Source of the DNA: the human T2T-CHM13v2.0 reference genome, Homo sapiens
NCBI RefSeq assembly: GCF_009914755.1
Contig: NC_060929.1
Direction: 5' to 3' (one strand)
DNA: 64,000 nucleotides
The notes beneath the pieces were generated by a model that saw only the letters and a list, made by a program, of their open reading frames with translations, ran no database searches and was not told the origin of the DNA. The position numbers and the translations under genes are program-made. Shown here piece after piece: positions 49,901-64,000 of the stretch. Numbering within the stretch: the first letter of the stretch is position 1; each line of letters opens with the position of its first letter.

Positions 49901-52529
49901 TGTAGTGATGGGAACCAATTTGTGTTCCAAGGCTGCACCCACTGGTTCTTTTTGTGTGTTTTGGGGGAGTGCCGGGCCTGCAGGTTAGGCTACTGGCATT
50001 TGGAGGGAGTGGGCACTGGGCTCTACGTGGGGTGCTCTTACTGTCCAGTGCCTTCCTTGCTAAATCAGAGAGGTGTTTCTCATCTGCCCTCGGCCCTAGT
50101 CCTTCATGGATCATCAGAGCCCTGGGCTCATCATTCCAGAGGTTCTGCAATGGGGCCCTAGAGCCTACTTTGACTGCTGGGCCCAAATGGATCTTGTGTC
50201 CTTAGCCAAATCGTGTCTCTAGAGAGACTTGACCAGCTACGCCCTTCGCCTCTGGTGAGGAATTGTGTTCCCAGCCACAGAGACATGCTGCTCCAGCAAC
50301 CAGTGTGCTGGGAGATGCCTTCTGGGTGACGCTGGAAACAGCAGGTTGGATTCAGGTGGGCCAGGTAGAGTTCTCTGCCCCTGGGCAAGCTCAGCTCTTT
50401 ATTTCCCTGAATCAAATTGGATGGTCTGTGCTGGCGCCTGCTGCTTTGCACACCCCTATTTCCACCCTTTCCTGATTTTTTTGTCAATGCAAGACATTTG
50501 GGAACCCCCCCCACCCCCACAAGAACTGCTGCTGAGGTGGCTCGGCCAGCACGTGCTCATCCTTGGGAGTCCTGGCTACTGAGCTGCGTGGCCTAGAGTC
50601 ATGAAAGGTCTGTGCACCTTCCTGAGAGCTAGGTTTTCCATACAAGGAAATCAGATCGCCAGCCTCAGAATTATTTTTCTCCAGTGAAAAGCTAAAATGA
50701 ATTTGTGATGGAGCACTGAAGGCATTTTTGTCCTTTGGGCACTATTTGTTTACATCTTTCTGGCCACGGGAGCCATCTAGGTGTGCAGGCTCCCATGGGA
50801 ACACCCCACGTGCCTGGTGCTTCAGCTCCTGAAAAATCTGGAGTGGACATAGAAAATCCACAAATATCCTTTGCTTCTAAAAACAAAGCCCTGTTAGTTC
50901 TGGAGGAGCTTTCTGCCTGAGGAAAGGGGCTTCCCTACCTCAGCAGTGCCCAGGATGGTTTCAGAGGTGGCAGCTGCTCTGTGGCCAGCAGGGAGGAGAC
51001 AGTCCCTGAACAGACTAAGGGGAGATTGTCCACAGGACCAATTTCCAGACATTTCTTGTCATCAGAAATGGGTTTCCTATAGAAAAGTTCCCTTTTCTGG
51101 TTATACTGGGCTTTTTCTGGAGGGGTGTGTGTGTGTGGGGGGGAACAAGACACAAATCTGGTCCCGGGCTCCCGCGTTCTGTGTTACAGCCCTGGCAGCC
51201 CCAGCCCAAAGGTTGAGCTGGAGTCTCTGAAATCTCCCTGCTCCCACCATCCTGCCCACCGCCCTCTGATCAATTTCATTCACCAGCACATTTATCTCGC
51301 CTGCAATATGGGGAATTCATATTCATATCTTGGTTTTAGTGGTCTGACACTGATTAATGTAATACGCGCCTCGGCTCCAAGGGGTGCGCCACCGATGAAT
51401 CATGCCCTATAAAGTTTCAGTCGTCCTTGTAGATGGGACTCTGCCAGAGAGCAAGGAAGCTGGAGTGAGGGAGGGAGGCAGAAAGGAGAGAGGACACGGT
51501 GGGCCACAGCACCCAGGGGTACCTGGGACAGGCACTGGCCTTTGGCTTTTCAACATGGAGGATTCAGGCAGGCCCTGTCCTCTCTGCTTTTGAATCTCTT
51601 GCCTGAGAGGGGAATCCTAATTCCACCCTCCCCTGCCCAACCCAACCATGATGCCAGTGGGTCGCTGGTGCCTCCTCTCACAGAGGCAAGGTCTAGGGTG
51701 GGGTTGGGGATTCCAAGTGGAGATGGGGTTTGTGGACTTCGACTTGGGAAGAGTGGACCACTGAATGCACTTCTCAAAATGACAGGGCCCTGTTTGTTGG
51801 TGGGGACTGCAAGTTGGAGGTCAAAAAAAAAGGGAAGGTAGCAGAGCCTGGGGAGGGTCGCCTGCAAGGCTGGGGGAGCATTGGCCCCACGGAGGAGCGG
51901 AGCTTCGTGGTGCCCTTGTGGAAAGAACTTGCAAGGCCAGAGGAACCTCCAGTGGTCAGTGGCCACTGCCTCTGCAACGCGGGCCACACCACAGGACCCA
52001 GCACTGCCATAGGAGTCAGCCAGGCTCTGAGCCCTCCAGAAAGGAAAGGGAGGCTTTGGGGAGCCACACACTGAGCGTGCTCCCAATGCCTGGTGACTCC
52101 TCTGTCCCCACAGAGGGCCCTGCCATCTCACTGGCCCCGAAGTCAGCATGTGGCACCAGGTGGGGAGGGAATGTGGGGTGGCCCTGGGGCCGTAAGTCCA
52201 AGTTGGGGGCCGGGAGACAGGGCAAACAGTGGAGGGGGCGCATTCTGGGGGAATTAAGAAGCCCACCCACCTTTAGGTGTCCCTTGAGCCAGCGAGCGTG
52301 GGGAATGCGTAGATGTGTGGAAGGAGAGCTCCCCACTCAGGGCACCCAGCCGCCTCTCCCACCCGGAGACTTTTTCTGTGACTTGGCCGCCGACCCTGGC
52401 GCATGGACAACCCCAGAGCAATAGGAGCGGCTCCAGGGAGAGGCCATGCTTTCCAGGTCTTCTCCGGCACTCCCCACAAAGCCAGCGACTCCAATTATGA
52501 CTCCTGAGCTGAGAGGCCTGCCAAGGTCA

Positions 52530-53720
52530 TCCCACGGGGGCTGCTGGCCGCCTTTTGTACCCGGTGACTGGCGGCTGGACGCGGATCCCCTTCCCTCGCC
52601 CCAGAATGACGTCTGAAAATGGACCTCTTAGGGCGAGCGCGGACGGGGCCAGATGCCAAGGCGGTCCCGGCCCGGTGACTTCAGCACTGCGAGCCCTGGG
52701 CCTGGGGGCCCTGAGTATTTTGAGGGGCCCAGGAAAATGGTTTAATTTTTTTCGTATAAAAATACCCGGTAATTTTTGGGTCGAAGAAAATGTGTTAATG
52801 TCTATCAATATATTCATCTTCATACCGATGGAGTGGTAAAACAAAATTTTTAATAAGTTTCTCATGAAGAAGGAGTCTGCCTTAGGCCCACGGAAGTCAC
52901 CACGTGGCCTGGGACTGAGGAGGCTTCAGGAGCGACCTAAAATGTTAGGATTGCTCTAAATGAGGAGGCAGAGAAAGGGCGGCCTTGAACCCGGGAGGGA
53001 GCAAGGGATGGAGCTGCGCCCTGGGTGGCAAGACATGGCAAGCCAGGCAGCTGGGACCTAGAGAAGGCTCGGCCGCGCCGCAGGATCCCAGGCTGTGGGC
53101 CTGAATGGTGACCACGCGGAGTCGGAGTCAGCTCGCGTCCGCGCCGTCCCAGCTCCCCGCCTGAACCCGGCGCCCCTCCGCGAGGAAAGGCCGGCCCTGG
53201 CCCTTTCTGGGCAGTGAGGGGGGTCAGGCCGACCCGGGGAAGAGGCCGAGCAGTCAGCGCCCCTCCTTCCCCTCGGGCGGGGCATAAGTGGCCGCCCTCT
53301 CCGCGGCTGCTGTTGGGCTTCTGAAGACGCAGCGGGTGTCTCTGATCCCCTAATCCATTTATCCAGAGTCCCGAGCGCAATGGCTGGTGCGGGGACACAA
53401 CGGCAGGAGGTGGCGGGGGTGGAGGGAGACCGGGCACTCAGCTAGCGCCACCCTCCTCCCGCCCCACCCGAGACGCTGAGCCACGACCCACCCTCCACGG
53501 GTCCCACGCCCTCAGGCAGAACGCAATGGTGGGAATGACGCCAAGGTCGGTGAAATCTTCCAAATTGAAGGGCTTTTATTTTAAATTCCGATTCCCCTTT
53601 GAAACAGCCCTTTCGATGAGGGAAGAAGCCAGCTCGGTTTCTGCGTGCGTGTTTATGATCTACCTGTGAGCGCGGCGCTCTGGAAGGTCACCCAGGCTGC
53701 GGACGCCCTGATAGCGGGGT
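52530..53720. promoter_or_regulatory. Distal downstream CpG island
   Basis: CpG-dense block with no coding signature. Confidence 0.65.
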
Positions 53721-53760
53721 GACAGCCTGCAGGATTCCCCAGCTGGTCACTTTCATTCTT

Positions 53761-53761
<1 letters not shown>

Positions 53762-53809
<48 letters not shown>
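53762..53809 (+). repeat. (GT)24 microsatellite
   Basis: Perfect dinucleotide run. Confidence 0.97.
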
Positions 53810-53811
<2 letters not shown>

Positions 53812-56555
53812 CTCTGTCTTCTCCTGTTTGCTGTTTGTCGCTGCTGTATCTTTGCTTGTTACTGAATTTTAAACATATGCTTAATTGCCAGAGCCTTGGA
53901 TAGCTGCAGAAATGACTGAAAATATTAAATACATCTGTGAGATGGTGGGCAAGAGAAATTAAAAAAGGTGCTCTCTGCAGTGAATGTTAAAAAGATCTCA
54001 CAATGAAGTGATTAACATTTTTATGAATAAAATTAATCACGCATTAAACTCTGCAGCACAGTACATCTGAAAGCCAAATGTGGACCCGAAGCCCCCTTTC
54101 TTACACCTAAGAATTTGGAGCCTTCCCTGGCCCACAGCAAGCATTCAACCATTAGGAATTTCAGAGTATTTATGAGAAGATAAGTCAATAAGCGATATCT
54201 AAGTTTGAGCTACCCCCTCAAAAGAAAAACCCTCCAAAAATGCCTCCACCTCCCTCTCCCCCTGCCCTCCTTAACACACAAACACATGGCAACATTAAAA
54301 AGCAACCAGTAATTTTTAAAAATTTTTTTTCTTTTAGCAAACTCTCAACCAAAGCAGGCCATTTCCATTCTCAGATATGCACGTGGGATATGTGGCCCTG
54401 GGTCAGGGAGGGCAGGCAGGGCTGATACGAGAGGAGGGGCTGGAGTCCGCTTTTCCCTTCCTGACCCCCATCCTGGGCCCGCTGTTCTGGCAAAGCTGAT
54501 CAGATTGGAGGGTGGGTCTTCTGCATTATTAAAATTTCCACTCTTCCAGATAATAAAGTGTGATTTCTCCTCTCTCTGTCTCCCCTTCTGCCTCCTTTCT
54601 AATCTCTTGCCACTGTGGTTTTGGGATTATTCCAGCAGGCTGTACAAAGGGAAGCGAAGGCATCTGAAGTGTCACTCTACAGCTGTGCAAAGTAACAGCA
54701 TTTCCATTTTGTTGATGCTCCCAGCTCATGTGCGCAGCAGAAGGTGAAATCAAAGAAGCCGGTCCTCCTCAGTTGTGCACATTATTTTTCACTGCTGTGG
54801 CGAATCTCTCCGAGCTCCGTGAACCAATAAAACAACGGTCCCTGTTTGAGTTGATATATTAATATTTACTGAGGATTTGCAAGGTTGGGGTTAAATGTCA
54901 GCAGATTGCGGGGGCAGTCCTGTGGGGAATAATTAAACAAATCTCACAGCAGTTCAGCTTCCTAACATCTTTATTAATCTTTTTTCTCCTTCCCTCCTGA
55001 AAGAGTACATTGAAATATTGCTTTTGCAACCTTAGAGAAGATTCAGAATAAGCTTAATAATAAAATACTGCGTTGGCGATGTGTGTACCTGATGGTGTCC
55101 CGGACCCTTCCCTTCCAGGTGTTAGTGAGTGGGGGAGACTCTGATGTGTGAGTCCTCACCAAGCTGTTGTGATTCTCACCTGCTCTTCTATCGAATTTAT
55201 GGTGACCAATTTGCCAAACACAATAAGACTGTTCCTGTGATTTGATCCACGCCCTGGCTACGCCTGCACGGCCCACTCTGCTGAGCAAGGTGACTGCAGG
55301 CTGCTTGTTCTGAGGCCTGCCTTCTTTAACGTGATTACAGCGTGCACTTTAGTACAAGTTCGACAATTCTTTTTAATAAGCTTCATAATTAGTGTTGGGA
55401 TGCCTCATTACAAGTCATAGCCTGTAGCGGTCCTAGGCCACACAGCCCTCTGCAATCTGATTTATTTTTTATCAGGCAGCAGGAGCTGTCTGGAGTTTTT
55501 GTTTGTATAATGGGGGCCTGCATTAGGCCCCCAGTGTAAAAATACCACCAGGAAATTAATTGCTTCTGTGTGGATTCACCACAGATGTGTCCTGTTGATC
55601 AGAATAGTGTATTTTTGACTTTGCTGTCCTGCAGTGAATTGTAAAAAAATAAAATGAAACCCAGCAATGCAAACATATTAGCATCCATGTAGATTCAGGA
55701 GGCATCATTGAAAACATGGGGCTTCAAAGGAGGATGTCCAGGGCAGGTTCGAGATTCTGGTAAGACTTTTTTCCTTCCTTTCCCTTTTCTCACAGCTCTT
55801 ATTTGATAAGAAACCCATGTATTTTTGTATTGCCTGTAAAGGAAACCTCTCCATGAAAAGCACAGGGCCAGAGTCTCAGTTGGTTTCTGGCTGAAAGATT
55901 ACTCACGATAAATACACCCCAGCAGAGTGGCTGATTTCCCCGACACCCACCCCCGGCATCGAGACCTCTGCAAGCTTCAGCAGACGAGGGCCTGTCTCCA
56001 GCGTGCCTCCCGGCCACCCCAGAGGGAACACAGGTGGATGCTCGGCGGCCGGCCTTGTGGACTCTTCGAGGGTGGCGTGTGTGTGCCACATATTTCCCCG
56101 TCAGACCCTGGTTTCCCCTCATTGCTCCCTGGGCTAAGACAGAAATACATGCCAAAGGCTTCCTTCCTTCCGTCTCTTTGCTCTTGCATCACGCCACTTG
56201 CCCAGTTCCTGAATTCTGATTAGGTTGTGAATTGCACCTCCAGCTTTGAACACTTACAGGATTTTTTTTTTTCAATCTTAGTCCCTGAATTAGAATGTGT
56301 TACTTCTGTGTTCTCTTCCCAGCACTGGACAGGTCGTTGTTGGTGCTTCCGTGTGGATGGATCACATCCCGAGGGTGGACATTTTGCTCCTGTATTCCTT
56401 TGTTTGTTCTTTTTCATCCAGGAGTTTTTATCATTCTCCTTGTCCTTCTCTTTTGAACTCTCCTGTGGTCAGCTGTCTGCTTTCCTTGCTCAGCACGGTG
56501 TTGGGATGGGGTTTGTAAATTTAATTTCAGATAACATCTTGTTTGTGAAAAAAAG

Positions 56556-56643
56556 AAAACTAAAGATCAGTGTAACAATAATAGTGAAGCATATGGAATA
56601 AAACTAAAGATCAGTGTAACAATAATAGCGAAGCATATGGAAT
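56556..56643 (+). repeat. 44-bp tandem duplication
   Basis: aaaactaaagatcagtgtaacaataatag(t/c)gaagcatatggaat x2, 1 mismatch. Confidence 0.92.
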
Positions 56644-57169
56644 TGTGAAGGAAAATAAATAGGTTTAGTATACACAAGAACATATTGCTCTGATGGTTTT
56701 ATTTTATTTTATATTTGTTTTTTCTCTGACTTTAAATGCTCCTAAAGACACATTTGGCATTTTTGCGCCAGTAGCAAGGATGTGCAGAGATGTATTGGTG
56801 GAAGAATTCTAGTGGTTCCCTATTAAAATTCTATAACTTGCCGTATTACCAGTAAACGTGAGCTGCCAGAGCCTACAGGTAGGCAAGGGCTCCCAGAAGG
56901 AGAGGCATGAGGAAACCTTGCCAAGAAGGCAGGGGAAGCCCCAGTGGTCACTCCCACATGGCATTCAGACGGAGGGTCCTCCAGCATCGTGGGCTCAAGA
57001 GTTGTCCAAGTGTGTGTTCGTGTGTGTGTGGTGTGTGTGTGAGAGAGAGAGAGAGCACGCTAGCTCTCAGGATGGGGATGTTGGGGAGGAGGCCTAGAAC
57101 TGGGTTTCTCCCTCTGTGTAATCTACTCTCTCTTTATCCTCCTCCCAGATACCTCTCACCCTCGGGAGA

Positions 57170-57300
57170 AGACTCTTAGAGAAGCTTGTTACAAATGCAT
57201 ATTCCTCAGCCACCCCCTCCTGAATTCCTGTTTCAGCAGGAGTGGAGTGGGCCCAGGAATGTGCATTTTAAATCAGGATCATTCTGAAGCTGAAGGTGTA
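57170..57300. mobile_element. MER5-like hAT-Charlie fossil
   Basis: agcttgttacaaatgcatattcct...ttcagcagg...gtgggcccaggaatgtgcattttaa. Confidence 0.6.
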
Positions 57301-57835
57301 GCCTAGGCTTCGACCCTAAGCTGCGTTAAATGACTTCTTGCTAGAGAAGACCCCACTAAAAGAGTCCAGTGTCACCCGCCCTGGTTTATTAACACTTGAA
57401 CTGGGATGGGAAGGTTTTAACTTATTGCAGAGCCAAACAAATTAATCTTTAATGGTGAGCATTGCTTCTGCTCACCAAGGGAGGGGACCTCTGGGAGCTC
57501 TCTGCAGTGCTCCCCTGGCCAGCTCCTGGGGGAGGGGCCTGGTCACTGTGAACACATTCTGGTTGTGCAGAACCCACGGCGACAACAGATCTTCGCTGAT
57601 GTCCTACTGTGTCCATGGACGTCAGGGCCATTTATCAATTCCCAGCAGTTAAAAAGGGGATAATGAAATGTTGCCTGATCCCCAACTTATAGCTGGAACC
57701 GAAATGCATGGCAGATTCATTTGTCAGCCAGCAGCAGCGGTGGCATTTTGGGCTCTGTATTCTAGGGACAGTTCATTCCAAGGGTCTTCTCTGCAATGGA
57801 GGGCCGCTGATTATTTGTGACATAATTAACCTTTA

Positions 57836-58685
<850 letters not shown>

Positions 58686-58732
58686 TCAAATCAAGAGAAA
58701 TGTAAGGAAATACATAGATGTGGTCAGGACCA

Positions 58733-58796
58733 TGTATTTTTAGTAGAGACAGGGTTTCGCCATGTTTGCCAGGTTGGTCTCGATCCCCTGACCTCA
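58733..58796 (-). mobile_element. Inverted Alu fragment (left-arm end)
   Basis: tgtatttttagtagagacagggtttcgccatgtt...tgacctca. Confidence 0.85.
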
Positions 58797-58897
58797 AAAC
58801 ATCTAAACTCTCTCCATGGTTTTCTGACTTTCCATGTTGTAACTTATGCCTACATTTAAATACTATTTTGTTATTTTATAAGATGCCATGTTTATAT

Positions 58898-58983
58898 GGA
58901 GGTTGCAGAGAGCCAAGATCACACAACTACATTCCAGCCTGGGTGAGAGAGCAAGACTCTGTCTCAAAAAAAAGAAAAAGAAA
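58898..58983 (+). mobile_element. Alu 3'-terminal fragment with an A-rich tail
   Basis: ggaggttgcagagagccaagatc...ccagcctgggtga...gactctgtctcaaaaaaag. Confidence 0.85.
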
Positions 58984-61139
58984 GGCCCTCCAAACATTTT
59001 GGGCATCAAATATCTGTTAAAAGCAAACATTTTGATAAGGTGAGTATAAATGAAAAAGAAACATATGGCTTTGATTTTTTTTGAGAAGCTTACTTTGAAC
59101 CCCAAATATTTTTGGAAAGTTCGAGGTGTTCAAACACTGTGCAATTGGGTACACCCATCCATAATTTTAAGGGGCTGAATTCAATGCACATGTTTTGGAT
59201 ATATTTACAATTACCAGAGTCAACTGTTCATTCTGGATAGCTTTTGATGTGGAAGAATTCCTCTGGGGCTTTAACAATCACTCTGCAATCTCTTTTCCCT
59301 TTTGGAAGTAGAAGGGTGTAACTTCCCAGAGTTGCATAACCTCCTCGTCCCTCACATTGCATACTGACTCCAGCCTCTTGGCTGCTAAGTGCTAGGGAGT
59401 ATCAAAGTTGCAGAAATGCCTTATCCATGGTAGGAAGATGTTACTGTTGGAGGGAGAGTCCAGAGCTCATCAGTGCAGGTCATGACTTGTGACTCTTAGG
59501 TAGGAATGAGAGTGAGCCCTTGTTCTCATTCCCTGCCTTCCACCTCCTGAAGGGCTCAGATACAGGCAAGTTCTCTGGAATTTCCGCTCGTGGATGAGTT
59601 TTACCGATGACATTTTAATTTCAATGAGTCAAAAATCAGTGCTGTGGCATGTGTTATGTAAAAGCAGTTCATATTTTAGAAAGTTAAAGCCTATCTCCCA
59701 GCCCTGAAGAGATGTCTTTAAAATGACTTCCCACGGGTGTCAACACATGTACGCAGGCAGATAGAGGAGAACGTATCTTAGTCCTGACTTAGGATCATTA
59801 AAATTCCTGAACCTTAAGGAACAATTGTGGGGTGCCAGGCATTCTTTGTAGTTGACACGGAGTAATGGATCTGGTGAGGCTGGAGTTACTATTCATGTAA
59901 TTTTAAGGCTTGTGGGACTGGGACACAGAAGTCACCTCGGAAGCTCGAGGTCTATTGCCTCTGAATATAACCCCCTGCCCCTGGCCCAATGGCATGGGAG
60001 GAGGAGGGGCTCTTGCCATGCCTGCCTGGTGTGTGACGGTGTGGCTGTCTTTCTGAGCCTTGAAGGGCTGTGGGAGCTCCCCTGCCATGGGAGCCTCTGT
60101 GTGCCTTGCTCCCTGATGGCCCTCTGTGGCCCTCAGCCCCTGCCATTGCTTCACTAACGCCTAGGGATGGGGCTGATCTGTTGCAATATTTTCCTTTTAA
60201 AATTGGGCTGCAATTTTCTCAATTTTCTCTCATCAATAGGCAATACTATTTCTTTTCTTAATGATGTCTTTTCACACCAGAATAAAACAGGCCGGCGTAT
60301 CGTTAGCAACCTTCTTTTTGTAGGAGAAAAGCGCTTGTTTCTCCATTGCCACAGACATCTGAGTTCTATGTAAAACAGGTGTCCACGGTTCTCAGAACTT
60401 GCAGTTGGTTCCATCTTCCTGGTTCTCCAGTTCTCCCTTCCATTGACAGTGAAGATCCTGGTTACTCCTGTATTGCCACCCCCCGCCCGGTGTGTACGGG
60501 ATGGAAGAGGAGACCCACACTGCCGTGGCATGCAGAGGGCTGCCAATGCACACATTTCCTGTGTTCCTCTGAGTGTCACAGTGAGCCCTTGCGGGGGACA
60601 CTCCCACACTGGGAGAGCAGCCAGGGCCCTGTGTACCCCCACCGGCAAGGGCTGAGCCATCTTCTGCCTCCATGGGTGGGTAAATGGGATGCCCTCGGCC
60701 TTCAGGACTGAAAGTCCAGTGGGCCTCACAGGATGCTCTACCTACAGGGCTCAGGCTCGGGAGCCTCGAGAAAACAGCCCAGGCTTTGCATCAGACCACG
60801 GTGCCATCCAGGGCCTTGGTCCTGCCTTTCTCTTGGCTTCTTTATTTGTGTAGTTGGACCACTGAGATTTTAACCTCTTCTAGAAATGCACATTTAAAAT
60901 AATATGATACTTATAATTCCTCTCAAGTAAGATGCTGAGCAAATTTTAGGCTATCCATGAATGCCGATTTCCTTTCTCCTCTGTACACAAGAGAGAGAGA
61001 AGAAATATGTTGTTTGTTCTGACTTCCCTGGAGATGCATACACTTTATTTAACAGGATTTTCAGGGGCTAGTGATGGTATTTGCTGGATCTTTAGAATTA
61101 AATGTCAACTCACAACGATGACCACATAGCTTCTTTTGC

Positions 61140-61425
61140 TTTCTGTTTTCTTTCTTTTTTTTTTCTGAGACGGGGTCTCACTGTCACCCAGGCTGCAGTG
61201 CAGTGGCACAATCTTAGCTCACTACAATCTCAAGTGATCTTCCTGCTTCAGCTTCCTGAGTAGCTGGTGCACACCACCATACACAGCTCATTTTAAAATT
61301 TTTTCTTACAGACATGGGGTCTCACTATGTTGCCCAGGCTTGTCTCAAACTCCTGGACTGCAGCGACTCTCACGCCTTGGCCTCCCAAAGTGCTGAGATG
61401 ACAGGCATGAGCCGCCACGCTGGCC
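61140..61425 (-). mobile_element. AluJ-type element with internal deletions
   Basis: T-rich tail, then gagacggggtctcactgtcacccaggctg...gcctcccaaagtgctgagatgacaggcatgagccgcc. Confidence 0.9.
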
Positions 61426-62919
61426 TAGGTCATTCTTTATAGGCAGATGCACCTGCTTCTTCATATTCATGCCTTTGATGCCTCCTCTCTCGGTGACTCA
61501 GAAGCAAACACAGATGAAACCCCTACATCATGTGCACAGGCCAGACATGCATATTCATTACATTTTTCAAAGTTCTTTATGAGTGGGATTTCCTGTAGTA
61601 CCTGAGGACCATCTTGATTTACTTTAATTCTGGGTCTCATGTTCAGGTTCCCCCACCTTTTTCTGGTTTTGTGACTTATGTCTCATCAGGGCTCCTAATG
61701 CAGGAGAAGGGCTGAGTGTTTGCTGCTGATGGTTTGGGATAGTGTGTCTGCTCAGCATGGGAAGGAGAAGGCTAAGATGACACCATTGGCTGTTTTAGGG
61801 TCGTCTCATGAGGAGTTAGCAGATTTTTCCTCTTTTACTAAGAGGCTGGAAGGAGTACTGCTGTGGAGAGAAGTCCAGGAAGAAATCAGCTCATCTAAGG
61901 AAGAGTGTTCTAACGAGAGAGGCTCAGAGGGAAGGTGTTAGGAGTTTCCAGAAATGACCCAAGGAGGAGTCATTCCAGAAGATGGAAAGCATTTGCTATG
62001 GTGTTGTGGAGGGCATTTTTCCACTGGGATGATTTGGACTTTTTGACAGCTTCCGGTTTCTTCTGATTCTCAGAGGCTGTGAATTCATGATAGAAGCAGC
62101 CTTTTTGCATTCTTTAGGTCTTCATCATCAAAATTGCTTGTGTGTGTGTGTTTCTGTTTACCCAGGTAAGTTTCTAGCCTTTTCGTTCCCTAGTGTTGCT
62201 ATGCTAACCCTGCAGTGTGTCCTACATCCTTGAGGACAGGACCTGGGATGCCACCAACACTGTCCCCCAGAACTTGTCCTTGATGTTCTGATGCAAACCC
62301 AGAGGAACAGCTGTCCAGCTCCAGCCTGATTTACATACACAACCCAGGTGCCCTTTGGGGAGCCACACAAAAGAGAAAGCAAAGGTGAGTGAGTCAGGGT
62401 TTGGGGAAGAAAAGGCACTCAGCAGCCGAGAGGCAAAAAGCAGAGGAGCCAGTGTCTTTCAGTGGTTTGCATCTATCTCTTTGTGTCTCTCCCCAAAGTT
62501 TCTGAGGCTCCCCACACCCCAGGAAGGGCATCTCTGAGAGTGTCCTTCTGGTGACAAGGCTCTGTGGGAGCAGCGAGGGGCAGAAAGGCTCACGTAGAAA
62601 AGGAGGAGGCATGGCTGCCCCAGATCGCTCTGGAGACTGAAGGTGCAATCGCCATGGATATGACATCCACCCTCGTGATTGTGGTCGGGTTTTGTCTATG
62701 ATGTGAGGGATCTAACGATGCTTCTGAATGGTAAGTGACATGTGCACGTAATGTCTGCGCATGTGTGAGGTGTGTGGGTGTTGGAGGTGGTGTGGGAAGG
62801 GCATGGGGAGAGACAAGGATCAGCGTTGCTAACTTGATTCAAGTAGACACCAGCGCGGATGACTGAGGCCTGTGAACCTCATGTGTTTACCGAGGGAAAG
62901 TCTCCTATCCCAAATGTCT

Positions 62920-63070
62920 TTGTCTCATTGCTATAACCTCACGGACCCTGCAGGGTACACACAGCTCATTTTACTGGTAGGAAAATGAACCCCATAAGGC
63001 TGAGTGAAGTTGCTAAGTACCCACAAATCTGTCTACGAATGGAGAGAAGAAGGAATATGCTAGTCAGGGC
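62920..63070 (-). mobile_element. MIR-like remnant
   Basis: cattttactggtaggaaaatgaa...agtgaagttgctaagtacccaca resembles the reverse MIR core. Confidence 0.4.
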
Positions 63071-64000
63071 CACCTGTGGCCAGTGTGAACATGTGACAGC
63101 ATGTGTGAGGAAGTGACTCCATGTCAGCACATTCCCAAGGTCTTCAGGCCACCTGAGAAAGGTGGCCAGTAAAGGGGGGGCAGAGGGCATCTGGGAGATA
63201 TGAGCGGACAGGGCCTCAGCATTGGCCTTCTGGTCTCCAGGGCTTGGCACATTCACGCCAGGTTCCACAGATCTGCCTGCTTCCATTTTCCTGAGCTCAG
63301 CCTTCATTCCCTGACTCCATCCCTAAGAACTCACACATGCCCCAGCAGGTGGTCCTCATTGACCTTGAAGTTGGGCCAGAGTGGCTGCGTGTGTGTCTCC
63401 TCCCACTCCGAGTCTCCCAGCATCTCCTGGCCTGGCCACACTGGTTGTGGTCATGATGCTGTCAACCATCACCACTGCCCGGACCCTGAACTCAGTCTTT
63501 GGACCCTTTGCACATGAACAGCTTTGTTTTCCTGTATTGTCTGGACTCTAAGACTTTCTCATTCAGAGGGATTTTACAAGGACCTGTTGAAATTCACTTG
63601 ATGAATAGCAATTGCCTTGATTCTGGATCAATACTGGGCTCCATACCTAAGTGCATTCAAAGTCTTCTCTTTGCAACTGAGGCCCTGTGCCCGATTGCAT
63701 TGCTTTCTTTCTAAGACTGGGACCCTCTTAAGGGTAGAGGTCTTTCTGCAAGTTACCCAGCCAGCATCATATACAAAATGGAATCTGTGTAAAGCGTTGC
63801 TAATGGTGATGCCTCTGTTTCCTCATCTCACTGAGTTGCATATGATGCCAAGTGGCTTAAGGATGGTTTTGTACACCCTGTGTTCAAGAGCTACATCAAC
63901 TTTAGTTCTTTATTTAAATTAAACACTTAATTTTGGCAGTGGTAGGTGGTAATGAAGGGTAATGGAACATGTGAGCAGCTAGTGTCTAAGTTCCTGAAAT

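Noticed and set aside
48649-50186. Several 170-225-aa ORFs in the downstream CpG island
   Set aside because: Overlapping on both strands, GC-driven and without homology cues or splice structure.

Overview
Primate genomic DNA, most likely human chr5p15.33 (inferred from Alu/THE1/MST content and an encoded protein matching my recollection of human IRX1). The only supportable protein-coding gene is IRX1 (Iroquois homeobox 1, TALE class) on the + strand: four coding exons, join(42804..43079,45922..46957,47306..47378,47680..47737) = 1443 nt = 480 aa plus stop, all GT-AG introns, with a poly(A) signal at 48080. The gene sits in a chain of CpG islands (about 37-53.7 kb) within a roughly 23 kb stretch lacking recognisable Alu/L1/LTR insertions. 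The left 34 kb is gene desert with old L1s, MaLR/ERVL LTRs, DNA-transposon fossils, Alus, two VNTRs and simple repeats. The other ORFs in the track look like artefacts of repeats or high GC content. I found no convincing new biological system. The best observations are local template-switch or fold-back scars, a near-perfect 111-bp dispersed duplication, a triplicated promoter motif containing an Iroquois-type site, paired Pumilio elements in the 3' UTR, and possible small in-frame splice variants.
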